Shown here: piece after piece, positions 49,551 to 62,535 of the stretch
How positions within the stretch are numbered: position 1 is the stretch's first letter
How the letters are laid out: the number at the start of each line of letters is the position of its first letter
Assembly (NCBI RefSeq): GCF_041146345.1
Contig: NW_027191411.1
Span: 1,240,001 to 1,304,000 of the forward strand
Source of the DNA: Neodothiora populina
Taxonomy: Eukaryota
Length of the DNA stretch: 64,000 nt
Direction: 5' to 3'
The notes under the pieces: generated by a model
Databases searched by the model: none
What the model saw: the letters and a program-made list of their open reading frames with translations, nothing else
Told to the model about the DNA's origin: nothing
Made by a program: the position numbers and the translations under genes

Positions 49551-49646
49551 TTTCCGTCTGTTGTTTGTGGTTGCAATTGGTGGAGAAAGAGTTTATTTGA
49601 TCTTTTGCTTCTCCGTCGACACAAAAAGTTCCCACCCTCAAGCGCG

Positions 49647-49660
49647 GCTTATCGATAAGC
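49647..49660. promoter_or_regulatory. Perfect 14-bp palindrome GCTTATCGATAAGC upstream of ESF2
   Basis: Read directly; lies about 97 bp upstream of the ESF2 ATG and consists of two inverted GATAAG half-sites. Function is inferred only. Confidence 0.45.
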
Positions 49661-50304
49661 TGCGTCTTGGCGAGACTCTTCGGAGTTATTGCATCTCTGG
49701 CCGAGGACTGGTCAGTAGATTGACCTTTGTCCTCTGTAGATATCTTTTATGATTGGCCACGTGGGAGTAGGGAATTCATTGAAGTGGAATAGTTCATGCC
49801 CCTGATCAAAAGTCAAGGCCAGGCCTTGTGTACACTTTTTATACAGGTGTCGTGGATACAAAATGAACGAGGTGAGATGGATCACCATGGAAATGTTACA
49901 TTCCCTTTCTATTGTATGCTCTCATACCTTACGGCATCAGAAGCCTTATTGGCTCACAGACGTGTGTATGCCTGGTCCATCGATCTTCGTCACGAGCCAA
50001 CGGAACGACTCTGCTCTACATCCCACATGCCGGATGATAGGGGTCTGCGCGGCGCGGCGTACTGCGTTTCTGCGATGGTCACGACACCGCGGCGCTGTAG
50101 ACTACGGGCTTGTTCCGTACATGTTGGAAACTGATGGCTTGCGGTTGATCGAACATTTGATCGCTGCATGCTTTGGGCTATCTTCTTGCGCATTGCATCA
50201 GAGCGCAACTATCCGCACCGTCTGGCAGGTATTGTGGTGAACTTTCTCGACCGCTACTTATTGCGACACATCAAGAGATGATGCAGCGGTCAAGTCCTGC
50301 GAAT

Positions 50305-51399
50305 TCAAATTGCCACGCGCGACCTCCTTGCAGGGGTGGGGCTCGCGGGACGGTAAATTTCAGTGTATTCAGATGATTCAGCAGTTGCAGGAGTGGGATC
50401 AGTGACTTCACGCTCTGTTGACTTCGGGGCAGTGTCGAGGTCCTCGGGAAGATCCTCGTAGAGTCCCTCAGAGTTCCTCTCGGGCTTCTGCTCTGATTGT
50501 GCCTTCTTCGATCGTCTCAAGATGCCATTCCATAGAGTTTCGAGATCGAGATCGCCTCGCTTCTCATCGGTCATCATCTGGACAACAATGTTGCATGCGG
50601 GAGTGTATGAGCCAAAGCCGACAAACTTGTCCGCTGAAGCTGCCTGCTTCTGGCTTTCTTGGTGTTCGGGCAGCAGACCGCCGGATACATTGCCCACATG
50701 CACACAAACCCAACCGGTCCTGATGCCATCGTCGACCTGGCCTTCGCCCGTGCTCTTGGCTCCCACTGCACCCAAAAGTCGCGAACGCTTGGCCTTGCGC
50801 CGCATCTTCAGTTTCAGCTCGTTTCTGCCTAGTAAGCCGTCGGCGATTGGTGACAGTTGGTGGGTACTCCGCAGCCAACGACACAGTCGATCGGCGGAAA
50901 CGTGGAGGTGTTTCTCCGACCGCGCAGTGCCAATGATCATGAGAAGATTTGCGCCGAGAGCCGGAGGGGGATCGAGGGCGCGGAGGTCGAGGAGGGAAAG
51001 ATCATCGATACCCAGCTGAACAGAAAGGTGTTGGAGGAGGGGTTCTAGGAGGTCTGGCGAGTGCTCGGGTAGAGGGGGAAGTCGCTGTCGCTCGGACAAG
51101 GCGTGAGGCTGCTGTGTGGTCGGCGATTCAACTTGCAGGTACCAAGGGACAGAGGCGTCGCCGGTGGATGTTTGTGGTAAAGAAGACGAAGACGTCAGAG
51201 ACGAGGGTAGATCCGACAGGTCATCGGGACCAAGGGTAGGAGACTTCTGCTCTTCAGGGGATGTTGAAGTTGTTGAGAATGCACATGTTCGTAGAAGCGA
51301 ATGGCTGATTTGAGATGCTCGTGTGACAGAAGCGGCAGGAACGATGGAGCGGACAAGATGCGAGGGCAATGTGCGGGCTATAGGTAGACGGAGAAGCAT
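50305..51399 (-). CDS. ATP25: Mitochondrial ATPase synthesis protein Atp25 (RsfS-like N-terminal domain only)
   Basis: Arg/Ser-rich presequence, [56 protein letters not shown] and [10 protein letters not shown]. Confidence 0.88.
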   Translation of the reverse strand: MLLRLPIARTLPSHLVRSIVPAASVTRASQISHSLLRTCAFSTTSTSPEEQKSPTLGPDDLSDLPSSLTSSSSLPQTSTGDASVPWYLQVESPTTQQPHALSERQRLPPLPEHSPDLLEPLLQHLSVQLGIDDLSLLDLRALDPPPALGANLLMIIGTARSEKHLHVSADRLCRWLRSTHQLSPIADGLLGRNELKLKMRRKAKRSRLLGAVGAKSTGEGQVDDGIRTGWVCVHVGNVSGGLLPEHQESQKQAASADKFVGFGSYTPACNIVVQMMTDEKRGDLDLETLWNGILRRSKKAQSEQKPERNSEGLYEDLPEDLDTAPKSTEREVTDPTPATAESSEYTEIYRPASPTPARRSRVAI

Positions 51400-52136
51400 T
51401 TTTTCAACGCGCCACCAAGGAACTCGAACTCCAGAGGCGTAGTAAGTATTTTGTCTGTATTGGGATCCTTTGACTTGGCCAGAGCAGGTGAATGTCGCGG
51501 GGTTGCCTGAGTGTGGTGGAATATGGTTATTGTAATCTCAATAAATGTGAAGTGTAGAAAATATACAGAGATGATTATTTGATAGTCAGTAGTAGTACAC
51601 TGAGGTACAGTATCTTTAAACAAAGTAATTAAGGTAATTGCTTGTGAAAGCGGAAGGAGCACGGACTCACGAGTCACCTCGACTTTGACTTTGGCTTCGA
51701 CCTCGGCTTCTTGTCGCCGCTCGGCGGTTGTGGCTGTGGCGTATCGGCGTGTAGACATGACATGGGTTTGGTTATGTCGTGCTATGATTAGGTATGATTA
51801 CCTCCACATTCATGCCGTTCGCCTCTCCTTGTTGTATACTGCTACGGACATATCGTGATACATTTGCAGCACCAACATCTGAACTCGGTCTTGCTGTTCT
51901 TGTATAAATCCAGTCGACAAAAGCAGAAAGAGCCGGCGGGCGATCTTACTACAATCATCATCTTATCGCCTTATCGGGCAAGCATCTTATCACCACTGCA
52001 TCTATTGTGTATTGTCCACCTCTCCACCTTTTATTGGCATCGCTCGTCCTCGATTGACTTCTACAAACACTCACACAGGCCATTGAGCTGGAACGCACGC
52101 TCGCTCTGAGCTCAATATTGGACAAAGACCCCAGCA

Positions 52137-54980
52137 ATGACGGTGAAGTCCAACTCGACTATACTCCCCGTCATACCTCTGGCCCACGGCTCGGTGCTAC
52201 TCCCCGGAGTCACTCTTCGCATCCCCCTTCAAGGCCGAGATGATGTGGCTGCCGTGCTGGCAAATATATACAGCAAGGCCACTACTGCCCAGCCAGATGC
52301 CTCTTCCGTCACTATTGCCTGCATCCCCCTCAATTCTCCCTTCCTAAGTCCGGATGGCCAGGAACTCATAGAAGGTCCGCCGACATCGCAGACCTCCAGT
52401 GAAGACCAAGGGCCCGAGTCACCGTCACAGCCACAAGCGCCACAGCCTGCTCTGGCGAAAGAGTCAGATCTGTTCAGGTACGGTACTGTGGCCAAGATCT
52501 CGGGTGTACAGGGTCGACAGCAAGGTGATCTGGCACTCGTCGTGCAGGGCCTGACTCGTTTTCGTCTCAACACTCTTACCCACCGCAAGCCATACTATGA
52601 TGCAGACGTCTTCTTACAGACCGAGGATACCCTGCTCGAATCCGACCAGGAAGCCACTCAGCTCTTCTCCCAACTCAAGCAGCTTTCGCGTGAATTCCTC
52701 GCTCTGCTCCGTCTCTCGTCGTTATTACCAAACACGGCGTCCACTACTCTCTCTCCCTTGCTCGCGCGACGTCTCGATGTCTACATCCTGCGCAAAGAGC
52801 TACGCGACGCCGGTCTGTTGGCCGACTTCGTAGCAAACCTCATTCAGCCTTCACACGAGGACAAGCTTCGCGTACTCGCTGCCATCCCTGTCAAGCTACG
52901 CCTTCGGCGTGTCATCGATATCCTACAAGGAAGCATTGCCAAGGTCCAAGCAAACAATCGCATCATGTCCATTGCCACCACCGCTGTGCCTGGATCCGAG
53001 GACAACGCCTCAAACCGCTTGAATCGCATTCAGCAACAGCACCTGCTGAGGAGACTGAGACAAGGAGGAAACCGCAATGGAAACTCTCCCTCACCATTTG
53101 AACCGGCGAAAGGTCAGGAAGAAGAGGAAGAACCAAATGAGGTCGACGAGTTGAAGAAGCGCATCACTGCAGCTGCCCTGACGCCCGAAGCTCAGAAGGC
53201 TGCCGATAGGGAGCTCAAACGCCTTGCCAAAATGAACCCTGCCCAGGCCGACTACCAGGTCTGCCGGACCTACCTTGAGAACCTGTCCGAGATCCCATGG
53301 TCCAAAATGACCGAGGACAAGCTTGGCTCAGAAACCCTACCGCGTGCTCGACAACAGCTCAACGACGACCATTATGGTCTCGAGAAGGTCAAGAAGAGAT
53401 TACTAGAGTACCTGGCCGTTCTGAAACTGAAGCAATGCGTAAATGCCAATCTTCAAGCCCAGATCGACCAGCTGAAGAAGGTGACCGCCGAGCCCACCGC
53501 AGCGGACGGAGACAGTGCTTCTGCTGCAGTCGAAAGGTCTTCTTCGACACAGCAGCAGGATGATCAGACTCCCAGCAACATCAATGCCTTGGAAGGTAAA
53601 CGCATGATTGACAAATCGCCCATTCTCCTCCTCGTCGGTCCGCCTGGAGTGGGCAAGACTTCTCTTGCGAAGTCTGTGGCGACTGCTCTTGGTCGAAAAT
53701 TCCATCGCATTTCACTCGGTGGTGTGCGTGACGAGGCCGAGATTCGCGGTCATCGCAGGACCTATGTTGCTGCAATGCCTGGTCTTATCGTAAGCGGGCT
53801 GAAGAAGGTGGGGGTTGCCAATCCCGTTCTCCTACTTGACGAAATCGACAAGGTTGGTACGTCGAGCTACCATGGCGATCCCTCGGCCGCAATGCTTGAG
53901 GTTCTTGACCCGGAGCAGAACAGCACGTTCATGGATCACTACGTCAATATCCCCATTGACCTGAGTAAAGTCTTGTTCATAGCCACCGCTAACTCCTTGG
54001 ACACCATCCCTCCGCCTCTTTTGGACCGCATGGAAACCATTCAGTTGCCCGGCTATACGACGCTCGAGAAACGTCACATAGCAAATCGACACCTCATCCC
54101 AAAACAGACGACCACGAACGGCCTGTCACGTGAACAAGTCACATTTTCCGACGAGGTCATCGACAAGATCATCACTTCATACACTCGCGAGTCGGGGGTG
54201 CGTAACCTCGAGCGAGAGATTGGCTCTGTTTGCCGCAGTAAAGCAGTGCAATACGCCGAGGCTTCTGACTCGCACTCTCTGAACGCGTACAGTCCCATTA
54301 TCAACCTGGAAGATCTCGACGACATCCTCGGTATCGAGCGATTCGACGAAGAGCTTGCAGCTACGACGTCTCGACCTGGCGTTGTAACAGGGCTTGTCGC
54401 GTACAGCTCCGGAACCCAAGGAAGCATCTTATTCATCGAAATCGCAGATATGCCAGGAACCGGCCGCGTGCAACTGACAGGCAAGCTCGGCGACGTGCTC
54501 AAAGAGTCCGTCGAAGTCGCTCTGACCTGGGTCAAAGCACACGCCTACGAGCTGGCGCTGACCCACGACCCTTCAGAAGACATCATGAAAAACCGCAGCA
54601 TCCATGTGCACTGCCCCAGCGGCGCGATCCCCAAAGACGGACCCAGCGCAGGCCTCGCACACACGATCGCCCTGATCAGCTTGTTCAGCGGCAAGCCCGT
54701 GCCGCCCACGCTGGCCATGACGGGCGAAATCAGTCTGCGGGGCAAAGTCCTGCCCGTCGGCGGCATCAAGGAGAAACTCATCGGCGCGCTGAGAGCAGGG
54801 GTCAAGAAGGTCCTCTTGCCGCAGGCGAACCGCAAAGACGTCAGGGATCTGCCGACCGAGGTCCTCGAGGGCCTCGAGATTCATCATGTCGCTCATATCC
54901 TCGAGGCTATCAGGCATGCTTGGCCGGATTCGCAGTGGCCTGGCGTCAGGGATTGGACGGGTCTTGACAGCAGGCTTTGA
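52137..54980 (+). CDS. Peroxisomal Lon protease (LONP2-type)
   Basis: LON N-domain, Walker A GPPGVGKT, Walker B LLLDEIDK, catalytic PKDGPSAG and PVGGIKEK dyad, C-terminal PTS1 -SRL. Confidence 0.95.
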   Translation: MTVKSNSTILPVIPLAHGSVLLPGVTLRIPLQGRDDVAAVLANIYSKATTAQPDASSVTIACIPLNSPFLSPDGQELIEGPPTSQTSSEDQGPESPSQPQAPQPALAKESDLFRYGTVAKISGVQGRQQGDLALVVQGLTRFRLNTLTHRKPYYDADVFLQTEDTLLESDQEATQLFSQLKQLSREFLALLRLSSLLPNTASTTLSPLLARRLDVYILRKELRDAGLLADFVANLIQPSHEDKLRVLAAIPVKLRLRRVIDILQGSIAKVQANNRIMSIATTAVPGSEDNASNRLNRIQQQHLLRRLRQGGNRNGNSPSPFEPAKGQEEEEEPNEVDELKKRITAAALTPEAQKAADRELKRLAKMNPAQADYQVCRTYLENLSEIPWSKMTEDKLGSETLPRARQQLNDDHYGLEKVKKRLLEYLAVLKLKQCVNANLQAQIDQLKKVTAEPTAADGDSASAAVERSSSTQQQDDQTPSNINALEGKRMIDKSPILLLVGPPGVGKTSLAKSVATALGRKFHRISLGGVRDEAEIRGHRRTYVAAMPGLIVSGLKKVGVANPVLLLDEIDKVGTSSYHGDPSAAMLEVLDPEQNSTFMDHYVNIPIDLSKVLFIATANSLDTIPPPLLDRMETIQLPGYTTLEKRHIANRHLIPKQTTTNGLSREQVTFSDEVIDKIITSYTRESGVRNLEREIGSVCRSKAVQYAEASDSHSLNAYSPIINLEDLDDILGIERFDEELAATTSRPGVVTGLVAYSSGTQGSILFIEIADMPGTGRVQLTGKLGDVLKESVEVALTWVKAHAYELALTHDPSEDIMKNRSIHVHCPSGAIPKDGPSAGLAHTIALISLFSGKPVPPTLAMTGEISLRGKVLPVGGIKEKLIGALRAGVKKVLLPQANRKDVRDLPTEVLEGLEIHHVAHILEAIRHAWPDSQWPGVRDWTGLDSRL

Positions 54981-55459
54981 GCGTGTCGGGCTAGGAGGGA
55001 GAGAAGGAAAGGGGAAGGCGGAGGAGAAAGAAGTTTGCTGTAGACATACAGTCAAACAGACCATGTCTTTACGAACTATAAAGAAACAACTATTCTTCTC
55101 AAGTACATCGGTTCAAGTGATTTCCATGCTGCATCAGTACAAGTCTCAGGTAACATCCGTCACCATTCAAAAACGACAAGACTATTAAAAAATCGAAAAT
55201 ATATGCCCCGATCAAAAGAGCTATGTATTTCCGAATGAATGTAAGAGCTCTCGAGTAATGACAATCACCAGACATAACATGACAACGAAAAGCAAGATTC
55301 ATAAATATCATGCAACGATCAGTTTTCTATTTGTTCTCTTCTTATACACTCGTTTCTCTCTCATCTTTCTCCTTCTTCGCTACTTGGAATCTCTCTACAC
55401 GGCACACACCTCTCGTCTGCTATTGCAGTCTTCTGGAAAGAAATGGGCAGGTGTAGCTC

Positions 55460-58401
55460 TTAAAGATCCTTGACCAGTCGCGCACCGGCCCAGACATACA
55501 GATAGTTTCGCTGGTACCAATTGACGCTATTATTGCTTGTCAGATATCTTAATCTTGTCCTTTTTTGTTTTCTCTTGGAGGGGTTACTGTAGTTTTGAAG
55601 AACAAGAGAGGGGAAAGAAGGGAGGGGTTCACTCACAAGCTCTTCCGGCCCGCGATGCGAGGGTGAGTAGCCCATGAGCCACCGAGGACGATGTTGTGCT
55701 TGTTGTCGAAGAAGTCGGCTGGGATCACCAAGTGTTAGTTGACCTTTCAGGGTAGCTGTTTTGTATTATTAGATGATGATGATGATGATGATGCTTACAT
55801 GTATACCCAGGGTACAGTTTCATCGCCTCGAATCCTTCGTGCGGCGCCAGTGTCGTGCTGGTCCACTCCCACACGCCGCCCATACCCGCCTGTCCTGCCA
55901 GTTTGTTGCCGTTCGAGGTCACGGACACTGGGTGCCAGTGCTTGAAACCGACATTGGTGCCTTCGAGGTCCACATGGACGTCGTTGGGATCAGGTCGGTC
56001 GGTAACATTGGTAGGAGAGGAGGCGGCGGCGGCGGGGACGGCTTGCTCGGTTGCTGGTGGCGATTCTTGGACGCCGTTGTTGATGAGATGACTGTGAGGA
56101 TGGGAGTCAGCAAAACTTTCCCTTTGAAGTCATGCTACTGGCCACTTTACCCGTTAACTGCCGGTATTGTGACATTGATTGCCTGTTCGATATCCTTCGA
56201 CTTCATGTCATCCACGTAGAGGTAGATACTCCGTGTTTCTTCCATGGTCGGGATTCGACCGCCCATCCACTTGGCGCATCCGGCGAGTTCGTCATACGAT
56301 GCAGCTACAGGCCAGTCCAAGGCGTACTCGAGAGGCACCGCTCCGTACACGGTACGCACGGCCTTGTCGAAGAAGTACTCTTGGCTGGTCAAGCCACTGT
56401 GTCCATTTGCTTTGTTGACCGCTCCATTGGATGAGCTCTGGTACCTTGACATCCAAGATGCGGGAACTTGCTCTATCTCGTTCTCTCGGAGATAATGAGC
56501 ATACTCCCCATTAGTAATAGGTCTAGCTTGAGCCTTGAATGATGGTACGTGGACTATACGCTTCGGCTTTTCGTTGTCCCAACCTAAATAATGGTCTGGG
56601 CCTGAATTGTCGTCTGGGTCGTCCAGCCCAATGCTTACATCTTGTGCCGGGATCGTGAACCACTCGTTTTCGACGACATTCCGGCGGCTCTCGGCAGCAA
56701 TCATCTCAAAGTCGGGTCTGATAGTGCTGGGAGGGGCCAGAGTCTTCTCACTCTGTACAAGCATATACAACAATGTCTCAAGGTGCATTATCTCGTGTTC
56801 ATATCCCAGCCATAACGCTCTGGAGATGACACGATCTTTCGAGGCTGCGCCAGAGTCATATAACCCCTGGATCCTCTGACGCACGCGGGTTTGAAAGTCC
56901 AACACCTCAGATACTGGAGGCCAAGAGTCGGGGACCTCAGAATGGGAGTGACACTGCTCTGGATCATCTACATCAGGGTCGATACCGCGTTCGAAAATCT
57001 GAGTGTAGTAGCTCGGTGGCGTAGGCTTTCCACGAGTGGCACGCGTCAAGTGAATATCAACGAAAGTGGGGATATGCCCAAGATAGAAGATGCATGCGTT
57101 ACGAAGCTTGATTGGCTTGTCGAGCAATTCGTCTTCGGGCAACATCTCTTGCGTCACGGTGTCCCAAGCAACCCAAAGGTCATTCCAGTCCGTGAGGGAT
57201 GGGACGGGACTGGCTGCATACTCGCTGGGCTTGGTGCTGAATGCAACCTTCGGTCTGTTCAGAAGGTGCAAGGCTACAATTCCATTAATTCAACCGTAGG
57301 TCTATTATAAGGATATTCCGGCTTACCATAGTTACCATCCTCGTTGGTCCATTTGGTCCCTTCGGTCACATGAGCAGCGGCCCACAGACTTTCAAGATGA
57401 GATTGGTCATATTTCCAGCTCTCCTCAATTCTGATTTGCTCATGGGCTCTGATTGTGACTCCATCGATCTCGACATCCTTCGTAGGCGTGACGAATGCTT
57501 CGTGTCGGTGATGCTTTTCGTTGTATCTGCCAATGACCTTCCAGTCTTCTACGTGGAAGGCTTCATGGCCCAATAAAGCATTGGCGTGTGTCAACCCATT
57601 CAAGATGAACTCGTGGGTCAATCCTTCACGATCATTGTACGCTTGGTAGACTTTCTCCGAGTCGGTGCAAGCATCGACGCCGACGAGCAAGGTATCGGAG
57701 TGTGTCAACACATCAGCAAACTCCGAGATGAACTGTGCAGCCCCTGCCCTGTCAAAGTTGCCAACACTGGAACCCAATGAAAGGACAGTCTTTGGTCTCT
57801 CCGAGTCCTGCTCCTTGAGCCATGCGAGACCATCATTGTAGGTACCCAACAGGCCAAAGCATTTGACATTGCTAAAGGTTCCCTTAGGAACAGCAGCCAG
57901 TGTACGTGTCAATTCCTCCAGGGAGAGGTCCAGTGCATAGTAAGTGACATCGATGCCTTTACGATCAAGGGCATCCAACAGGATCTTGACCTTGCGGAGA
58001 TTACTGGACTCGAAGTCAGTAGCTTATCATCGGCGACTGAGACTGTGTTTCAAGTGATGCAATACGATCGAAACAGTGGGTGCTTACCCGCTTCCGAGCT
58101 CGACAATAATCGACCCTGGCTTCAAGGCGATACGATCAGCGATGCGCTCAGCGTAATGCTCCAGCACGTAAATTTCCTGGCGTGTCAGATAATACTCATC
58201 AAGATATGTAATCTTTTCAAAAAGCTTCAGCCCATTCTCGTCGTATAGAAGGAGAGTTGGGAGACTCTTTTCCCCTCCATTGACAGGACTCAAGCCAGCA
58301 TGGATCTGGTCCACGAGCGAGGTGAATGAAGTGTCCTGACGTATGTCGATGATGCGTGGAGTGTCGTCGCTCTGGACAGAGGCTGACATTGAGATCGCCA
58401 T
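55460..58401 (-). CDS. EGT1: Ergothioneine biosynthesis protein Egt1 (histidine trimethyltransferase plus hercynylcysteine sulfoxide synthase)
   Basis: Exons 58401-58088, 58003-57327, 57273-56151, 56091-55799, 55718-55637, 55526-55460. EgtD-like region (LPTLLLYD..YYLTRQE..VELGSG), DinB/sulfoxide synthase region (FYLGHIP, GIDPDVDDP, EHEIMHLE) and FGE-like C-terminus (GGVWEWT, GGSWATHPR). Confidence 0.93.
55772..55793. repeat. (GAT)n microsatellite in EGT1 intron 4
   Basis: gatgatgatgatgatgatgatg read directly. Confidence 0.9.
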
Positions 58402-59835
58402 TTTTCTAAATCTTGGCCGTTCGAGATATATCCTTCGCTGTCCACAGCGTCAGTTGCCTAGGTACTCGAGACAACACAAAGACCAGAGCAAGGTAAAATG
58501 TGAACGACGAAGGTCTCACAATCTTAGGTCTGAACAGTAACTTTGAAGAGCTACGTTACAGTAGTCAGTACGTGCTACAGCGAAGGTATCAAGTAGATGC
58601 AGTAGTGTTTGTGCTATCTTGAAATGCACTACTGAATGTTTAATGAAATACAACAAATCAATGTCCCGTTAATCGATCTTGCAAATTACCAATCATGACC
58701 TCTGTCCATGTTACCCCACCATGTCATCTACGAACATACATCAGATCCGGAACCTTAAATGACATCGCATGTTCGTGGCCTGACGTAGGCGTTGCAAGTC
58801 CGGCAAGTTCCAGTGTTTAGATCTTGCAATCAGGCAGAGTAACATGATATGCCCGGGTAGCACGTACAAGTAGCTATCATATCACTACAGCCCTTTTTCT
58901 GTCTTCTGAAGGAAGGATCAAGACAGCTCCAGCATGAACCAATGACCTGACTAGAGAACGAAGCGTGCATTTTGAACGTGTTTTATCTGATGGATCCCAA
59001 GAGTATCGCGGAGCATGTTTCCGAAACTTATACACAAATCTGCCTAAGGTACGGAAACTCTGGACGTTGGTCAACGCTAAGGTACCTTACTTGTAGTTTG
59101 AGGTTCCAGGCACAACACCGCGGACCGCGAGGTGGGGTTCTCGGATCGCGTATATCCGAATGCGCAACCCCAGTGTCGTCTGCGAAGGTACCTTAGCCTT
59201 CCCTATTTCGTATTAATTATAGATAAAATTACACATGCCCACACACCTTGAGGTTAACGAGATCGCCCTCTCAAGCATTCGAATCACAACAACAGCTAGC
59301 TATCACGATTTGAGCATTCGTGTGTGGAGTTCTGGGTGTCTCCCGTTGGCAGACGGTCTACCGAAAATCGGTAATGCATAGATCGTGAAGAATGCTATGC
59401 TTGGCCGAAAGCAGCGACTATCGAGGCGATACCGGCGTGTCTTTGTCCTACCGTGCGCATGTGACTCGGACAAGAGCAGAAAGGGCTGTTGCACCTCGAC
59501 GAAGCACGATCGTGATATTATATAGTGAGTGTATTGTCAAGAGTAAGGGTCGACATGGATTGAACAGAATTGTATGGCCAATTCCAATATGCATTCCTAT
59601 GTCCGACTCTCTTTGGCGTTCTACCAGTGTTATAAATCTGACTTGTGCAGGACACAACCAATTCGAGTCATTCCTGCGTTCCTTTGTTCAAATGTAGCTG
59701 TCTGGTTGAGGCGATCATGGATGCTGTATTGTGAACAAAGCCATCTCGTCTCGATGATTTATATGTAGAAGTGCCATGGCAGCATCTTTCGTATGAATCT
59801 TCAAGACTTTTAGACCAAGCCAAGCAAGCAATAAT

Positions 59836-60598
59836 ATGGCGGAAAACAGAAAGCGAGACCCGTTACCATGGGGCGACGTAGGAAGTGTTCATGAAAGAGA
59901 TGCATATGGACTACTAGTATTGGTAAGAGTCTCATAGCTTGACTGCCTGGTTGTTGCTAATGGTGTTGATTCAGCCTCCTCCAGATGTCGACGAGCTGCG
60001 ACAATATCTACTCAACGCGGGCAAGGGGGAGCTCCTCGATGGACTTGTAAATCGACTTACATTCGACGCGAACCGTACTAGCGAGGCACGCAGCATGATT
60101 CAGAAGCTAGAGCAAGATTTTGTCGGACACAAGATCGCACGTTATGTGGAATATGAACAGAGTAAGGGAACATTGGCTCCGGAAGAGCAACTATCCAAAC
60201 TCGAGCTCGACGAGGCTCGAGCCTCACAGTCCGACAAGGGACCTGGTCCCGCACGAATTCCCGTTCACCCCAATGTCGACGAGATGTGCATCAATATCCA
60301 CCTCCTGATCTCCTACGCCGTCCTGACAACACAACAACCAAACAAGAAGCGTCTTGACAAAGCTCGTGAGCATGCACGAAAAGCTTATACGCGTGCAGTC
60401 GCTACCAGTAGAGAAGCTCTCATTGCTCGGTGCCAGTTTTACATGGGTCTGGTTCTCTTCTGCCAAAAATCATTCCCTCAAGCAATGAAGTGTTTCGAAC
60501 AAGCAACCGAAGCGGAGACATATTTTGCAGAGGGTGACTGTGCCCAAGAATGGGTAGAGGAATGCGGAAAGCTCTTGGAGACGAGGAGCGAGGCATAA
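59836..60598 (+). CDS. Hypothetical protein with C-terminal TPR-like helices
   Basis: Exons 59836-59922 and 59975-60598 (GTAAGA..GCTAAT..CAG, in frame). ARCQFYMGLVLFCQKSFPQAMKCFEQA fits the TPR pattern. Confidence 0.6.
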
Positions 60599-61062
60599 AA
60601 TGTTGCTTCTCCTTCCACTACGATCAAGGGCCGGCGATGAAGATGAAGAAGTGTAGAGATACTGCTTCCAGGTCGAATAAATCATTTCAGCTAGTGAGCA
60701 TCAGATGCTTGGCAGCCAGACACCTGGAGGACCTGACCGATAGCAAGAGTCTAGGAATATGGCACTTCTCGGTAGCTGTAAGGTTGAGTGCCGCGGGTCG
60801 TAGCATAGACAAGAATTCAGGGCGTAATCAAGAAAAGCCGTTGGTCCACATTGGCGTTGATATAACTGATGAAGTTCCCTGGTTCGACATCGGTTTGCGG
60901 CGAACGAGTATGCAAGAACGTAAAGTCGTCAGTCAGCTCAAAGGAAAATTCAGAACCGCAGAAGCAGAAGACCTGGAGTTTGGAGGCCATTCGGACGTCG
61001 ATGTAAGATAGCAATGGAGATCGTTACTGCCTCATCCCTGAAGAGACAGAGAATCATGCCTA

Positions 61063-62535
61063 CTAGAATCGAGCGGTACTTCTGTTCCCAAAACCTTGTG
61101 ACTGTCTCGCGTCACCGCCGATCCTTCCGAGGATGAGCTCATTCACACCCTCTCTGCATGAGCCGACAAGACCAGCGGCACCCAAGATTGCGTTCTCGAA
61201 GCCGCGCAGAGTTTCAGCAAGCTCCCTAACATTGTTCTGGGCATTGACTGCGCGGCTGCCGGTTCGTTGAGCTGCAAGCTGCTGAGCTTGCTGCACGGTA
61301 CCGACCTCGATGACGCGAAGGTGATTCTCAATCTCGGCGAGGTTCGAAGTGTAGGTGTCGAGTGTAGTCTGCATCGCATCTGCCTGACGCATGAAGTAGG
61401 CAACAAGGTCGACATCGTAAGAGTCATCATCAGCCGAAGTAGTCGAGGCTCTGGTGCGGGCGGCAGTATTGACAGAAGGTCCATAATGGTATTGCGATGG
61501 TAGGGTAAGATTCTCGGTGACACGGGCGCATCTCATGAGGTCAGCAGCATCTCGTTTAACTAGTGCCTTAGCAGAGTCAATAGCACGACTATCATTTTCG
61601 AGGGCGAGTTCGACGGTCTCGAGTTTTCCGGCCACGAAGTCGACGTCAGGCTTGATGCTATCAACATTTGTGGAATGGTTGGGCAGAAGTGCCTCACATT
61701 GAGCCGAATAAGACTCTTGTTGACGGATGAAGGAGTCTATGGCCTCGATTTGTTTCTTCAGATCGTCGTGTAGATCACTGAATCGAGTGGTCGGACGAAG
61801 GTTGCTGAGGTCGATCTTGGTACCAGGCACGATCTGTTGCTGAGCATTGCCCTGGCCCATGGTCAGGCTGCCGACCAGAGGCGCAGCGGTCGACGCTGTA
61901 GGATTGAATAGAGAAGCGCCAAAGGAGGATTGCTGAGTGTTATTTGTAGGTTGCTGAGCAGTGCTTCCACCACTATCGAGTGCGATTGACGTTAGCGATG
62001 TGGAGACCAGAGTCATATGAGAATTGGACTCACAACAATGATGAGCCCATGGCCGGCTTGTTCTGTGTCCCTAAGCCACCGAAAAGGCCGCCTCCGGTCC
62101 CTGTTTGCGCCTGCTGGTTTTGAGCTTGATTGTTCTGCTGGCCCATGCCCCCGAAGAGGGAACCAGACTGTTGCTGACCCTGGGCATGTGGCGCGCCGAA
62201 TAAGGAGCCGCCTTGCTGTGGTTGAGATGAAGTCGCGGTCGACCCAAACAGGCCTCCTCCACTCAACTGTGCTGTCGGAGCAGAGCTGTTATTGTTATTG
62301 TTACCGAAGAGACCACCGGATTGCTGGGGCTGCGAAGTTGATGCAGTGTTGCCGAAGAGAGAGCCCGTGGGTTGTTGCGCCGGTTGCGGTTGATTTGATT
62401 GCGCATCGTTTCCACTTCGGATATCTGTCAGCCGAAGGGACGAGATTTGGTCATGGTTTGATGTCAAGTCACTCACAATAACGATGAGCCGGAGCCTGTG
62501 TTGATGCTCAGCGAATTTGAGCGTCCGAAGGCCAT
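61063..62535 (-). CDS. NUP49: FG nucleoporin Nup49/Nup58-like
   Basis: Exons 62535-62477 (MAFGRSNSLSINT), 62414-62034, 61972-61063. SLFG/GLFG repeats, IDLSNLRPTTRFSDL and a coiled-coil C-terminus. Confidence 0.85.

Noticed and set aside
60550..61011. 153-aa ORF after the TPR-like gene
   Set aside because: It overlaps the upstream stop, has no recognisable motifs and lies in converging 3' UTRs.
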